Source: an uncultured Chlamydiae bacterium
GTDB lineage: Bacteria; Chlamydiota; Chlamydiia; Chlamydiales; JAJFMB01
Assembly: GCA_963696295.1 (NCBI GenBank)
Contig: CAVOJR010000001.1
Location: 2,592,001-2,656,000, forward strand
Direction of reading: 5' to 3'
DNA length: 64,000 bases
Position 1 is the stretch's first letter. Every line of letters starts with the position of its first letter. The position numbers and the translations under genes are program-made. Below the pieces are notes generated by a model, which worked only from the letters and a program-made list of their open reading frames with translations, searched no databases and was not told where the DNA came from. Shown piece by piece: positions 51,276 to 61,485 of the stretch.

Positions 51276-51515
51276 ATGTCAACAGAAACCAATATTTTTC
51301 TTGATCGTCTCGAGAAGATTTCCCAAGAAAGGCCCTTTCTTACGAGCAAAGAGCTAGTGGAAGTGAGGGTTTTCGAAACCCTTCAAGATGCCCGAACAGC
51401 TAGGCTAAGCGGGCAAATTGCATTTTGGGAAATGTCCCCAAAATTTTTTGTCTGTCCCATTTCAGAAGTAGTTCGTTATTTGCTTGCGCGTCAAGGATAT
51501 AAGATCAATGAATAA
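51276..51515 (+). CDS. Small hypothetical protein, possibly HTH/Xis-like
   Basis: AAGAGG SD; FLTSKEL..F..P..EV..YL pattern. Confidence 0.6.
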   Translation: MSTETNIFLDRLEKISQERPFLTSKELVEVRVFETLQDARTARLSGQIAFWEMSPKFFVCPISEVVRYLLARQGYKINE

Positions 51516-51573
51516 GAGAAACATTTTGAGGCAATAAAAATGGCGCCCCTGGCGCCAAAGGAATATTTAACCG

Positions 51574-54251
51574 ATGATTGATCAAATCGTAAAGGAATTT
51601 GAAAAAAAAGTAAACGAAAATGGATATAATTATTTAAAAAAGCTTCATGATAATGCTAGAAATTTTCTACTGCAAAATGGAATTGAATATGATGGCGAAT
51701 TTTACGAAACGGCCGAAAATGAGATCATTAAGTTTAAGGTTCCACATCCCGAAAGCTCAAGAAAGCTAATTCAATGCTGGCTTAAGTGCTCATATCTTGA
51801 GCGCAAAAATGGAGATCCCGGCTTATGCATAACCTACGGTGCCTTCCACCCTACCCTACCGCAACATGACACAAAAACTTTTTGGATGGATGAAACCTTT
51901 CATCTTAGCGACGAGGAGCGGGCTGCTATTCAAGAGAGGCTGGCGATCAGTAGGCAAATGGCTGATGAGCGGGCAAAAGAGGAGAAAAAAATCGCCGATG
52001 CAAAAGCAGATTGGTGCGTCGAAAAATATCGAGGTGCCTCTCCACAAGGTCACAGTCCTTACTTTGACAGGAAAGGGATCACCCCGAGCGACATCCGATA
52101 TGAGGTTCGTCGCACTTATGCAGAGGATGGAACTGTTGCGGAAGAGACGATCGCTTTAATCCCCCTTAGGAATATTTCTGGAAAAATTCAAGGGCTTCAA
52201 GAGATTTACCCGACAAAAAGGCGCTTCGGTGATGATCCCAAGCCACGCGATAAAAACACCAATGGCACCTATACCTCCTGTTTCTTCACATTCGGCAAAA
52301 TCGAAGATGGCAAACCCATTTGCTTGGCCGAAGGCTATGCGACTGCAGGATCGATTTTCCAATCGATAAATACCACTACCCTAATGACAGTCTCCCGAGT
52401 CAACATTCAAAATGTCGTCAAGGCACTGAAACGGAAATATCCAAACAGCAATATCACCATATGCGCTGATGCCGACCCCGATGGTCTCAAAGATGCAACT
52501 GAGGCGGCGCGAAAGCTCAAATGCAAGTTAGCGGTGCCTAAATTCCCGGAAGGCAGAGACAAAGACGCGGAAGGAAATAGCCATAAAGATTTTAACGATT
52601 TGATGCTGGTGGCCGGCCGGGAAGAAGTTTCAAAACAAATTGAGGAAGCTGCCACCTTTGTAGAAGCCGAAATTGAAGGATCAAAGGTCCCAGAGATACG
52701 GCAAATTCCAGAGAATGGACTTCCTGTGATTAGGGTAACACCTGGCCAGCTCCATGTTATCGTGGACCTTTGCCAAACCGTTTTGCTCAATAACAGCCTG
52801 GGATTATTTCAACGAGGAGGTCAACTTGTCCGAATTATATCAGAAATTAATAAGCCTAAAAAAAATAAGCTCTTAGATAGGAACGGACGCGAAATTATTA
52901 AGCGTGACTCAGATTCACTATTAATTGCTGAAGTTGATCAAACATATCTAACTGAGTTACTGGGAAAATTTGCAAATTGGGCGACGTTTAACGCAAGAGC
53001 TGGAGAATGGTTTATCCGTGATCCATCCGAGAAGGCGGCAAAGACATTGCTTGCAAGAAGGGAATGGGATTTCCCGGTTTTGAGTGGGTTTATAAGAGCC
53101 CCTACGCTTCGTCCTGATGGAACAATACTGGATCGTGAAGGATATGATGAAGGAACAGGTTTATTTTTCGATGCGGGAGCCACTCAATTTGACCCCATCC
53201 CCGTTAACCCCAGCGAAGAAGACGCTCTTATTGCATTGTCGGTATTACAAGAACTACTTAAAGATTTTCCTTTTGAAAACGAAGAAAGTCAATCGGTCGC
53301 TTTATCCGCTATTTTGACCGGACTTGTGCGAAAATCGATTAGAACCGCACCTTTGCACGCATTTACCGCTCCAAAAATGGGAAGCGGTAAAAGTCTTCTA
53401 TGCGACGCGGTCGGCCTTATATGCACAGGCAGAAACAACAGCGTCCTTCCTCAGGCAAGCGATGAAGCAGAGGAAACCAAAAGACTTTTGGCGGTCCTTG
53501 CGGAAGGGGATCCTATTATTTGTTATGACAACGTTGAACGGCCAATTGAAAGCGCTGCCCTTTGTGCAGTATTGACTCAAGAGTTTTTCAAAAATAGAAT
53601 TTTAGGAAAAAGCAGCAATTTGACTGTGCCCACAAACGTACTCTTCATGGCCAACGGGAACAATTTAACTTTCGTTGGCGATATTTCAACAAGAGCTCTT
53701 CTTTGCAATCTTGATCCGCAATGTGAACGGCCAGAAGAACGATCATTTGTCATGGATTTGCGTGCACATATTTCTCAAAACCGGGCTTTATTTGTAAAAG
53801 CGGCTTTAACCATTCTGAGAGCTTACCATTGCGCAGGCAGACCACCCAGAATATTCCGCCATTCGGTCGGTTTGAACAATGGTCAGAATGGGTCAGGTCC
53901 AGTTTGGTTTGGCTGGGAATGAGGGATCCGTGTGCAACAAGAGAGCAAATAGAATGTGGTGATTTCGTTCGGCAGAAATTGGGAGATTTTCTTGCAGCTT
54001 GGTACGAACTTGTTGGCGACCTGAGTATCAAAACAAAAGACATCATCAGAAAAGTGGAGGGATCAGAAAACGAGTTTTTGAAAGAACATTTCAAAGATTT
54101 TGAAAAGAAAGATGGAAAAGTTTGCTCAATTAAATTGGGAGTCCATTTGAAAAAAATCAGCAAACGAATCGAAAACGGTTTTCGTCTTGAAAATAGCGGA
54201 AAATCACAAGGCTTTGATTTATGGAGGGTTAGAAAAATTGTGCTCAAATAA
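51574..54251 (+). CDS. TOPRIM primase fused to P-loop helicase, split by a -1 frameshift near 53846
   Basis: AEGYATA, ADAD and KDFNDL (TOPRIM); GSGKS, CYDNV and ANGNN (helicase); continues as QNIPPFGRFEQWSEWVR..WLG.RDP in the other frame. Confidence 0.85.
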
Positions 54252-54255
54252 AAAG

Positions 54256-54463
54256 TATTACTTCTGTGAGGGTTGTGAGGGATGTGAGGGTCTGGCATCA
54301 GGTCTAGAGTGTTTAGCAAAAGAAAAAAAAGTGCGGACATGTTCGTTTTTTTATGTATTCTTTTCTTTAAAACGTGCATCTTTTTGTAAAAATTTTCCCG
54401 TGCTAAACACTCTGGACCTAACGTACAACCCTCACATCCCTCACAACCCTCACAGAAGTAATA
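54256..54463. promoter_or_regulatory. Putative replication origin (inverted iteron arrays)
   Basis: Perfect 36-bp inverted repeat with 3x TGTGAGGG per arm, an inner 19-bp inverted repeat and an AT-rich centre. Confidence 0.7.
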
Positions 54464-54502
54464 TGAAATATTTCAATTTTTAAACATAAAAAAGGACTTA
54501 AA

Positions 54503-54811
54503 ATGGAAATTCAAAATTTCAAGTTGATAAACAAGGGCTACGTGGTAGCTCGATTTGACCTGCACATCGCCGAATGGGGCGGCATGACCATCAAGGAATG
54601 CACGCTCTTTGACAAAAACGGCAGTAAATGGGTTGCACCGCCACAGCGCAGTTTTGAGGCTGAAGGCAAAAAAGGCTATGTGTCTCTAGTTACATTCAGG
54701 AAGGAAATTTTCGAGAAAATTCAGGCGAAAGCAATAGAGCTTTTGGAGCAGGAAATGTCGAGTCCTTTATCCCCAAAAAATCAAGATGAACAGTTGGAGC
54801 TTCCATTTTGA
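54503..54811 (+). CDS. SpoVG-like nucleic-acid-binding protein
   Basis: VARFDL..MTIKECTL..NGSKWVAPPQR beta pattern; acidic LELPF tail as in SSBs. Confidence 0.55.
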   Translation: MEIQNFKLINKGYVVARFDLHIAEWGGMTIKECTLFDKNGSKWVAPPQRSFEAEGKKGYVSLVTFRKEIFEKIQAKAIELLEQEMSSPLSPKNQDEQLELPF

Positions 54812-56161
54812 AAATAAAACTGAACGCCAATATCGAAAATTCAGAAGCCGACGAAGAACTGCGCAGGCTCATCGTCAATGAAAACACCTTCGACAATCCC
54901 ATTTTCATTTCTAATGAGGAACAGGGGCGTTGGAACGGTGGCACGGAACCAACAATTAGAACGTATAAACGCGGAGACGATGGACGTTTGATACTGCCCC
55001 GTGGCTATGCGCGTACATTGCTGCTCCATTGTAAGGATCAGGAGATAAATCCTGAAATTGTCGATGAAAGAGTGACCACACCTCTTTCTTTTCCACCAGG
55101 ATTGAAAGGCGTGGAACTGCGTCCCTATCAAAACCGCTGTATCGAAGCGGCGATGAAATATGATCAAGGGCTTGTCGTTGTGCCAACGGGCGGTGGTAAA
55201 ACTCTTATCGCCCTCGAGTTAATTCGTTTGCGCCGCCAGAAAGCCATGGTAATCGTTCACCGGCGTGAGCTTTTAAAGCAATGGTGTGCTGTTATTGAGG
55301 AGCGCCTCGGTCTGAAAGCAGGTGTTATAGGTGAGGGGGAGTTTGATATAGGAGCCGAAATCTCGGTGGCGATGGTACAAACCCTAAATTCTTGTTCAGA
55401 TGAGACAAAAAAGATCGTAAATGATTTTGGTTTAATTATTTTGGATGAGGCCCATCACGCTCCAGCCTCCACCTTTTTTGATGTCATAGCTCAATTTCCG
55501 GCAAAATATCGTTACGGTGTCAGCGCAACGCCAACCCGTCGAGATTCTCTTGAGATGCTCATTTTCTACTCAATCGGGCCGATACTACAAGAAGTTACCC
55601 GCAGAGAAGTTGAAAGTGTTGGAGCAGTTGTTCCGGCAAAAATCCTCGTTCTCGACACAAAATTTAAGCCAAAGAGTTGTAATAGCTGGCATGAGTATAT
55701 GTCCATGCTTTCAGCAAATGGTGAAAGAAATAAGTTTATTGTCGATCTAGTTTGCAAAGATGATAAGCCGGTTTTGATCCTTTCCGATCGCGTGAGTCAT
55801 GTCGAGTTGATATCGGAATTTTTAAACAAACGAGGCATTGTCCATGTGGTCGCGCATGGGTCGCTTAAAGATCGCGATGACATCGTGCAGAGAATGAAAG
55901 AGTGCAGAATGACTGTTGCGACGGTCGGATTGCTCGGCGAGGGTGTCGATATTTCGCATTGGGAAAAGGTTATTCTAGCGTCCCCTTTTTTCTTCCGAAG
56001 TGAAGCTAATTCAAGCGATTGGTAGGGCGGTGAGGGCCGCGCCTGGGAAGACGGAAGCCACTATTTTTGATCTCAAAGATGACTGCGGCTTTGCCGGCGC
56101 GAGCTTTAAAAAGCGACACGAAATTTATCGAAAACATGGAATTAAAGTTTTTTTCAATTAA
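54808..56161 (+). CDS. SF2 DExH helicase (RadD/UvsW/XPB-like), split by a +1 frameshift at about 55990
   Basis: LRPYQ, PTGGGKT, LDEAHH, SATP and GEGVD; motif VI QAIGRAVR lies in the shifted frame. Confidence 0.85.
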
Positions 56162-56170
56162 GGAACTAAC

Positions 56171-56656
56171 ATGGAAATAAAAATTAGAGAATTTTATCCG
56201 CTCGTGGTAGGCGACGGCCGTATATCAGGGACCATGCGCGTGCTTGTCGAAAATCTCGGGTTGGAATTGCTCGGCGTATTCATCACGAAGAACAAAAATG
56301 GCTGGATTGTACAGTTGCCTCAGCAGCGATCTCTCCATCATGTGACAGGAGATCCAGTCCGATTTCCCATCCTCAGCTTTGTCGATACCATAAAGCAAAA
56401 TGCTCTTGTGGGAGCCATTAGAAAGCAGGCTCCAGCCTTCATTGAGGCATGGATAAAAGCCAAAGGTCCCGGCTATGTCTTTAAGCAGAAAAAAACCGAC
56501 CTCACCAAAACAATTCCAACGAAAGAAAAACAGCAGCAACAAGAAAAGGCGCAGCCAGCCCTTGCAAATGCAACTGAGGGCAAGCAAATGGTCTCCAGCG
56601 CGTTATCAGGAGAGTGGAGGGATCCACCGAAAAAGAAAACCACAAAAAGGAGATAA
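56171..56656 (+). CDS. Second SpoVG-like protein with basic tail
   Basis: LGLELLGVFITKNKNGWIVQLPQQ resembles the 54503 ORF pattern. Confidence 0.5.
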   Translation: MEIKIREFYPLVVGDGRISGTMRVLVENLGLELLGVFITKNKNGWIVQLPQQRSLHHVTGDPVRFPILSFVDTIKQNALVGAIRKQAPAFIEAWIKAKGPGYVFKQKKTDLTKTIPTKEKQQQQEKAQPALANATEGKQMVSSALSGEWRDPPKKKTTKRR

Positions 56657-56658
56657 AA

Positions 56659-57414
56659 ATGTTTTTTGACTATGAATTGACAAATGTTGAAGAAAAAATG
56701 TTAACGGATATTGTTAGTAAAAACAATGTTAAGTCGAATAGGGCAAAAATAATCTTGCTTATGAGAGGAAAATATAGAAAAGGATTTAATCATGTAATAT
56801 CTAAACAATTAAGTTTGAGTGTTACTTATATTATGAATACAGTCCAAAAATTTCGAAAAAAAAGAATGGGAATATTCGAAACCGAGGGACCGGGTTCTGG
56901 AAGAAAACAAGGCTCTGTAAGAGTGAATGATGCAAAACTAATAGATCTATTCGAAAAAGGTATGACTCTTTCAGAAATTTCTAATGAAGTGGGATATGGT
57001 ATCTCTATAGTTAGCCGTAGATTTAAAAAATTGGGGATTAAACCAATAAGAAAAAGAAAAGTAGGAAGTAAATATAAAACGAAAAAAAATTATTACCATG
57101 TAACATGTCCAAATCGTTTGATTTCTATCCTTAATGAAGGATTAAAGCCAAATGAGCATAATGAAATATTTTTGTTCGACAATAAAAAAGACGCTTTAAA
57201 TATTGCAGTGAATCAATGTATTATTTTAAGCGATTATGCGCTCTTAAAAGTTAAATTATTTGAAGACATGTTAGAGGAAGATAATGTAGCTGAATTAATA
57301 ACTGGAAAACAATATTTATTGAAAAATGTTGCAATACCAAAAAAGCAAATTAAACTTGTTGATTGTTATAAAATATTTGATCTAGTAACCAGCAACAAAA
57401 GAGCTGCACGATGA
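56659..57414 (+). CDS. HTH protein with C-terminal ADP-ribosyltransferase-like (Tpt1/KptA-like) domain
   Basis: Two HTH-like segments; YYHVT..RLISILNEGLKP..IFLF..A..YALLKV..IP..I; very AT-rich. Confidence 0.5.
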   Translation: MFFDYELTNVEEKMLTDIVSKNNVKSNRAKIILLMRGKYRKGFNHVISKQLSLSVTYIMNTVQKFRKKRMGIFETEGPGSGRKQGSVRVNDAKLIDLFEKGMTLSEISNEVGYGISIVSRRFKKLGIKPIRKRKVGSKYKTKKNYYHVTCPNRLISILNEGLKPNEHNEIFLFDNKKDALNIAVNQCIILSDYALLKVKLFEDMLEEDNVAELITGKQYLLKNVAIPKKQIKLVDCYKIFDLVTSNKRAAR

Positions 57415-57443
57415 GACAGCGAATAGAATAACTCTCCACAATA

Positions 57444-58019
57444 ATGATAAAGAATATGACTAAAACAATCCCGATCAAAGAGATAATGGACGACCTCCCC
57501 CTCACCCGGGAACAGGTGGCAGCCAAGATAAAGGAGATCGAAGACGATACGGCAGAATTATATGGTTCTATTGTCCGCGCCAGCGTCGATCAAACGCTTG
57601 CTTTAGTGCACGCCATTGGCGCAAAAAATCAACCCCGCCTCTTGCAGCATATTGTCGGTGAAATGGATAATGACATCCTGACGCGCCTTGAGAAAATAGC
57701 GATTGCCCTATCATGTGAGGAGGTGGAAAGTGTCAGCGAAATATTTAATCAGTCGTACGGCTTTCAGCCCCCTTCAGCAGAAACAATCGCCCAGGCCACC
57801 GAATTCCTCAAAAAAATTGTTTCTCTAGATGATGATCCTGAAGCAAAAGCACATCAACTGGCAGCTCATGCCCGGGATATATATTTCCTAGCGAGCGCCA
57901 TAGCTATCGCGAATCTCGGGGAAAATTATAGGCTGGCGACGTTCGATCGGATATGCCAATTGCCTTTAGGGGATATTCAGAAGATGATAAAACTTTTTGA
58001 CGAGCTTGTTGTAAAATGA
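57444..58019 (+). CDS. Hypothetical helical protein
   Basis: 191-aa ORF co-oriented within the element. Confidence 0.7.
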   Translation: MIKNMTKTIPIKEIMDDLPLTREQVAAKIKEIEDDTAELYGSIVRASVDQTLALVHAIGAKNQPRLLQHIVGEMDNDILTRLEKIAIALSCEEVESVSEIFNQSYGFQPPSAETIAQATEFLKKIVSLDDDPEAKAHQLAAHARDIYFLASAIAIANLGENYRLATFDRICQLPLGDIQKMIKLFDELVVK

Positions 58020-58059
58020 GAATAGCTTTACTATAAATAATTTAAACACAAAGGTTTTT

Positions 58060-58368
58060 ATGACGAAAAGAAAATCTATCGATAGTTTATTGCGCGAATT
58101 GAAATTCGCATCGGACGAATGCTGGCAAGCCAAACTTGCGACAAATGACGTAGCCAAGCGACACGCCCCGCTCTGTGCTCAAATTGTTGAGGTGCTAGGT
58201 GTTCCGGCTTTAATCAACCAACGGCTAGCGTTAAGGACAAAAGAGACAGATGGTCGTCCGGTCACTTCCGCTGATTTTTGGGAAAATGAGGACATGATCA
58301 TCGCTCTTTACGAGCACTACTTGGATGCGATCGAATTTGTAAAGGAGGGAGCTGATGGGAGCACCTAA
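58060..58368 (+). CDS. Hypothetical protein
   Basis: 102-aa ORF overlapping terS. Confidence 0.65.
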   Translation: MTKRKSIDSLLRELKFASDECWQAKLATNDVAKRHAPLCAQIVEVLGVPALINQRLALRTKETDGRPVTSADFWENEDMIIALYEHYLDAIEFVKEGADGST

Positions 58369-58795
58369 AGGGCATGCGCCCTATCCCGGTTGCGAAACAG
58401 GTGGAAGACCAAAGAAGTACACGCCGGAATTCATTGAATCTGAAGCTGATGCTCTCATTGAGTGGTTAAAGAAGGGGGATTTTATTTGGTTTGAACGGTT
58501 TGCGCTGCAGCGAGGTTATGATGCCAATTTATTAAGCCTTTGGGCTTCTGAAAATAAAAAGTTTTCGGGAGCGTATGAATTAGCTAAAACACATCAGAAG
58601 ATTTTGTTAATAGAAAAAGGTCTAAAGAAACAATATTGTTACAATATGGTTCAACTTTTATTAGGTCACCATTATCAGATATTCTCAAAGCAGGAGACGA
58701 AGCTTTCTGGAGATGCGCAGAACCCCCTTCAATTCATCCTCTCAAATATCGACGGCTCTACAAAGGACCTAGTGAATGACGTTGAAGCAGAGTGA
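58355..58795 (+). CDS. terS: Terminase small subunit
   Basis: MGAPKG..GGRPKKYTPE N-terminus; overlaps terL. Confidence 0.75.
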   Translation: MGAPKGHAPYPGCETGGRPKKYTPEFIESEADALIEWLKKGDFIWFERFALQRGYDANLLSLWASENKKFSGAYELAKTHQKILLIEKGLKKQYCYNMVQLLLGHHYQIFSKQETKLSGDAQNPLQFILSNIDGSTKDLVNDVEAE

Positions 58796-60299
58796 TATCC
58801 AGCTGGCCCAAAAGTGTCTTGCAGATCCGCTGTGGCGAATAAACCACTTGTACCACATAGTCGACAAGAGGGGTCAACAGGTAGTATTTCGACTTAATTG
58901 GGCGCAAGAAGAACTGTATAATAATATGTGGTTTTGCAATGTCATTTTAAAGGCACGTCAATTGGGAATATCGACTTTTATTTGTCTTTTATTTCTCGAT
59001 CGCTGCATTTTTAATTCCAATGTCTCCGCCGGGATCATCGCCCACACCCTAGAGGACGGGCAGCAGATGTTTCGTAGAGTAAAGCACGCCTATGATTGCT
59101 TGCCTGCAGAAATCCGCGCCCTGGTCACGGCCGACAATGACACGGCGGGGATGCTCAAGTTCTCCAATGGATCCTCACTACGTGTTGCGACATCCCTCCG
59201 CTCTTCAACAGTGCAATATTTGCACGTTAGCGAATTTGCGAAGATTTGCAGCCGCTACCCGGAAAAGGCAAGGGAGGTCATGACCGGCGCGCTCAATACG
59301 ATCAGTAGCGACCAGTATGTTTTCGTCGAATCGACGGCGGAAGGTCGCGAGGGGTCTTTTTTCGACATGGTACAGCGGGCTAGGGCACTTCAGGAATCTG
59401 GTGAGAGGCTCACTTCGTTGGACTATAAATTTTTCTTCTTCCCTTGGCATCGCTGCCCTGAGTACACGCTACGAGATAACGTCATCATACCCCCGGAAAC
59501 AGCTAAATACTTCGAGGAATTGGAGGCTAAGGGGATCCGTCTTTGGCCCGCACAAAAACATTGGTACGTTAAAAAACAGGAGACACAACAATCGGATATG
59601 ATGCGGGAGTATCCATCCGATCCCGACGAGTCCTTCCACACCTCCCTTGAAGGCGCGTACTATTCCCGGCAATTGATGCAGGCGAGGACCGAGAAGCGCA
59701 TCTGTTTTCTGCCTCATGACCCGAATTTGCCCGTGTCTACCTCTTGGGATTTGGGCTTCGGCGACTCTACGAGCATTTGGTTTTTCCAGATTTACGAAAA
59801 AGAGATCCGGTTTATCGAGTACTATGAGAACAGCGGTGAGCCGCTTACTTTTTACCTCAAACTGCTTCAAGATCGGCCGTATCAATACCACAAGCATTTA
59901 GTGCCGCATGACGCTGGTGTGCATGAATTTAGTACCGGCCTATCACGTGTGGAGGTGGCGAGGAAACTTGGTTTCACCTTTACGAAGGTGCCTGATATTG
60001 GCTTGGACTCGGGCATCGATGCGGTCAGGAATGTGCTTTCGCGCTGCTTCTTTGACAAAGAGAAGTGTGCCGGAGGGATCAAGTGCTTGGAGTCATATCG
60101 CAGGGCCTGGAATGATGCTCATGGCTGTTGGTCCAGCAAACCGCATCATGACAAATTCTCCCATGGGGCCGATGCTTTTCGCATGATGGCAGTGGGGCTT
60201 CGCTTGGTCGAGAGGAGCATGAGCTATGATCAGTCAGATGGCGGGCGCACGCTTGGCTACACACCATATCCCGGCGGAAAACCGAAATCGATTTTCTGA
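58776..60299 (+). CDS. terL: Terminase large subunit
   Basis: ILKARQLGIST (Walker A), LHVSEFA (Walker B), ESTAEG, SWDLGFGD and SHGADAFR nuclease motifs. Confidence 0.93.
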   Translation: MTLKQSDIQLAQKCLADPLWRINHLYHIVDKRGQQVVFRLNWAQEELYNNMWFCNVILKARQLGISTFICLLFLDRCIFNSNVSAGIIAHTLEDGQQMFRRVKHAYDCLPAEIRALVTADNDTAGMLKFSNGSSLRVATSLRSSTVQYLHVSEFAKICSRYPEKAREVMTGALNTISSDQYVFVESTAEGREGSFFDMVQRARALQESGERLTSLDYKFFFFPWHRCPEYTLRDNVIIPPETAKYFEELEAKGIRLWPAQKHWYVKKQETQQSDMMREYPSDPDESFHTSLEGAYYSRQLMQARTEKRICFLPHDPNLPVSTSWDLGFGDSTSIWFFQIYEKEIRFIEYYENSGEPLTFYLKLLQDRPYQYHKHLVPHDAGVHEFSTGLSRVEVARKLGFTFTKVPDIGLDSGIDAVRNVLSRCFFDKEKCAGGIKCLESYRRAWNDAHGCWSSKPHHDKFSHGADAFRMMAVGLRLVERSMSYDQSDGGRTLGYTPYPGGKPKSIF

Positions 60300-60408
60300 T
60301 CCTACAGGAACAGTATTAATCAAAAATAATTCGTTTTTTCCTATGAAAATGCCTCAAAATATAGTAAAATTAAGGATTTAATTCATCTGTTTTTTTTGGA
60401 GTTAAATC

Positions 60409-61485
60409 ATGGTCCAAGTTTTGCCATCACGAGAACAAAGCTTTCTACAATCCTTATTCGGAGGCGCGGCAGCCGGAGCGGAGGCGACGGGCAAAATGCT
60501 TCCACAGTTGCAGCAGATGCAACAGCAGAAACAGCGGGCGCAGGACTACAGCAAAGCCCTTGGAGGCATCGAAAAGATCTACGCCAACCCCGATTTGACC
60601 GAGCAACAAAAGCTGATTTCAGCCTATAAAGAGCTCGGCTCACACCCAGAACTTGCGCCGCACCTGGGTAGCCAGCTGACACGGGCAGGAGCTCAGCAAG
60701 AGAGTTTCAAAGACAAGCTGATGAAACAGCAGCAATTGGATCAGTCCTTCCAGAAGATTCAGCAAATGTACGCCGATCCCAACCTCACCGACGAGCAGAA
60801 GGTTTTCGGGGTCTATCAAGAGCTTGCGCAGAATCCTACCTTGGCCGCCAGTCTGACCAGTGCCATGCAGAAACCGGCAAAGACCCGCGGCGAAGACATA
60901 GCAGGCCAGCAGTATGCCCGGGGCTACGATGCGATAGTTTCCGGTGATACTTCTGCCCTCAACGAAGTCCTGCACGATCCGGAAACATCCTACGCCGTAA
61001 AAAGGCAGCTTACCGACCTTCGCGACAAGTATGAGACCCGAAAAGGGGTGCAGTCCAGGGAGCTTCGACAACGTCAGTCGATGGTCCAAAAAAGCTACAA
61101 GCAAGCCATTGAGGCTCAGAAAAAGATTTTGGACAATGTCTATACCGACGACAAAGAGAAGCCAGCGATTAGGAAAGAGATCAAGCGCCTGGAAGCCCTG
61201 GAAAAACATGATTTGAAGAAACTGACCAAGAACCCCGACAGTTACCCCTCCCTCGCCCTCTGGAACAATCTGGATCCCGACTACTTTCCTGAAGAGACCG
61301 AAGAAGAAGAGGAGCTCTTCACAGAAAGAGAGCAACCAGCTGAGGAGAAAAGCGATGTCGATGAGCGCGTCGAGTTTTTGAATGGGACTTTTCCCCCTCT
61401 TCAGTTCAAGGGTAAGAAAAAGCAGGACAAATCAGGCAGAGTATATGAATCGGACGGTAAGACATGGCGACTAGTACAAGGATAG
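60409..61485 (+). CDS. Putative internal virion/ejection-like protein
   Basis: Gly/Ala N-terminus; Gln-rich helices; internal repeat (IYANPDLTEQQK / MYADPNLTDEQK); C-terminal YESDGKTW. Confidence 0.5.
   Translation: MVQVLPSREQSFLQSLFGGAAAGAEATGKMLPQLQQMQQQKQRAQDYSKALGGIEKIYANPDLTEQQKLISAYKELGSHPELAPHLGSQLTRAGAQQESFKDKLMKQQQLDQSFQKIQQMYADPNLTDEQKVFGVYQELAQNPTLAASLTSAMQKPAKTRGEDIAGQQYARGYDAIVSGDTSALNEVLHDPETSYAVKRQLTDLRDKYETRKGVQSRELRQRQSMVQKSYKQAIEAQKKILDNVYTDDKEKPAIRKEIKRLEALEKHDLKKLTKNPDSYPSLALWNNLDPDYFPEETEEEEELFTEREQPAEEKSDVDERVEFLNGTFPPLQFKGKKKQDKSGRVYESDGKTWRLVQG

Noticed and set aside
51071..51304. 77-aa ORF across the structured leader
   Set aside because: It has a TTG start without an SD and no recognisable motif. 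The region is better explained as structured RNA, although a leader peptide cannot be excluded.
54187..54483. 98-aa ORF with CEGCEGCEG and PHIPHNPH
   Set aside because: These peptide repeats are translations of the inverted iterons, not a metal-binding protein.
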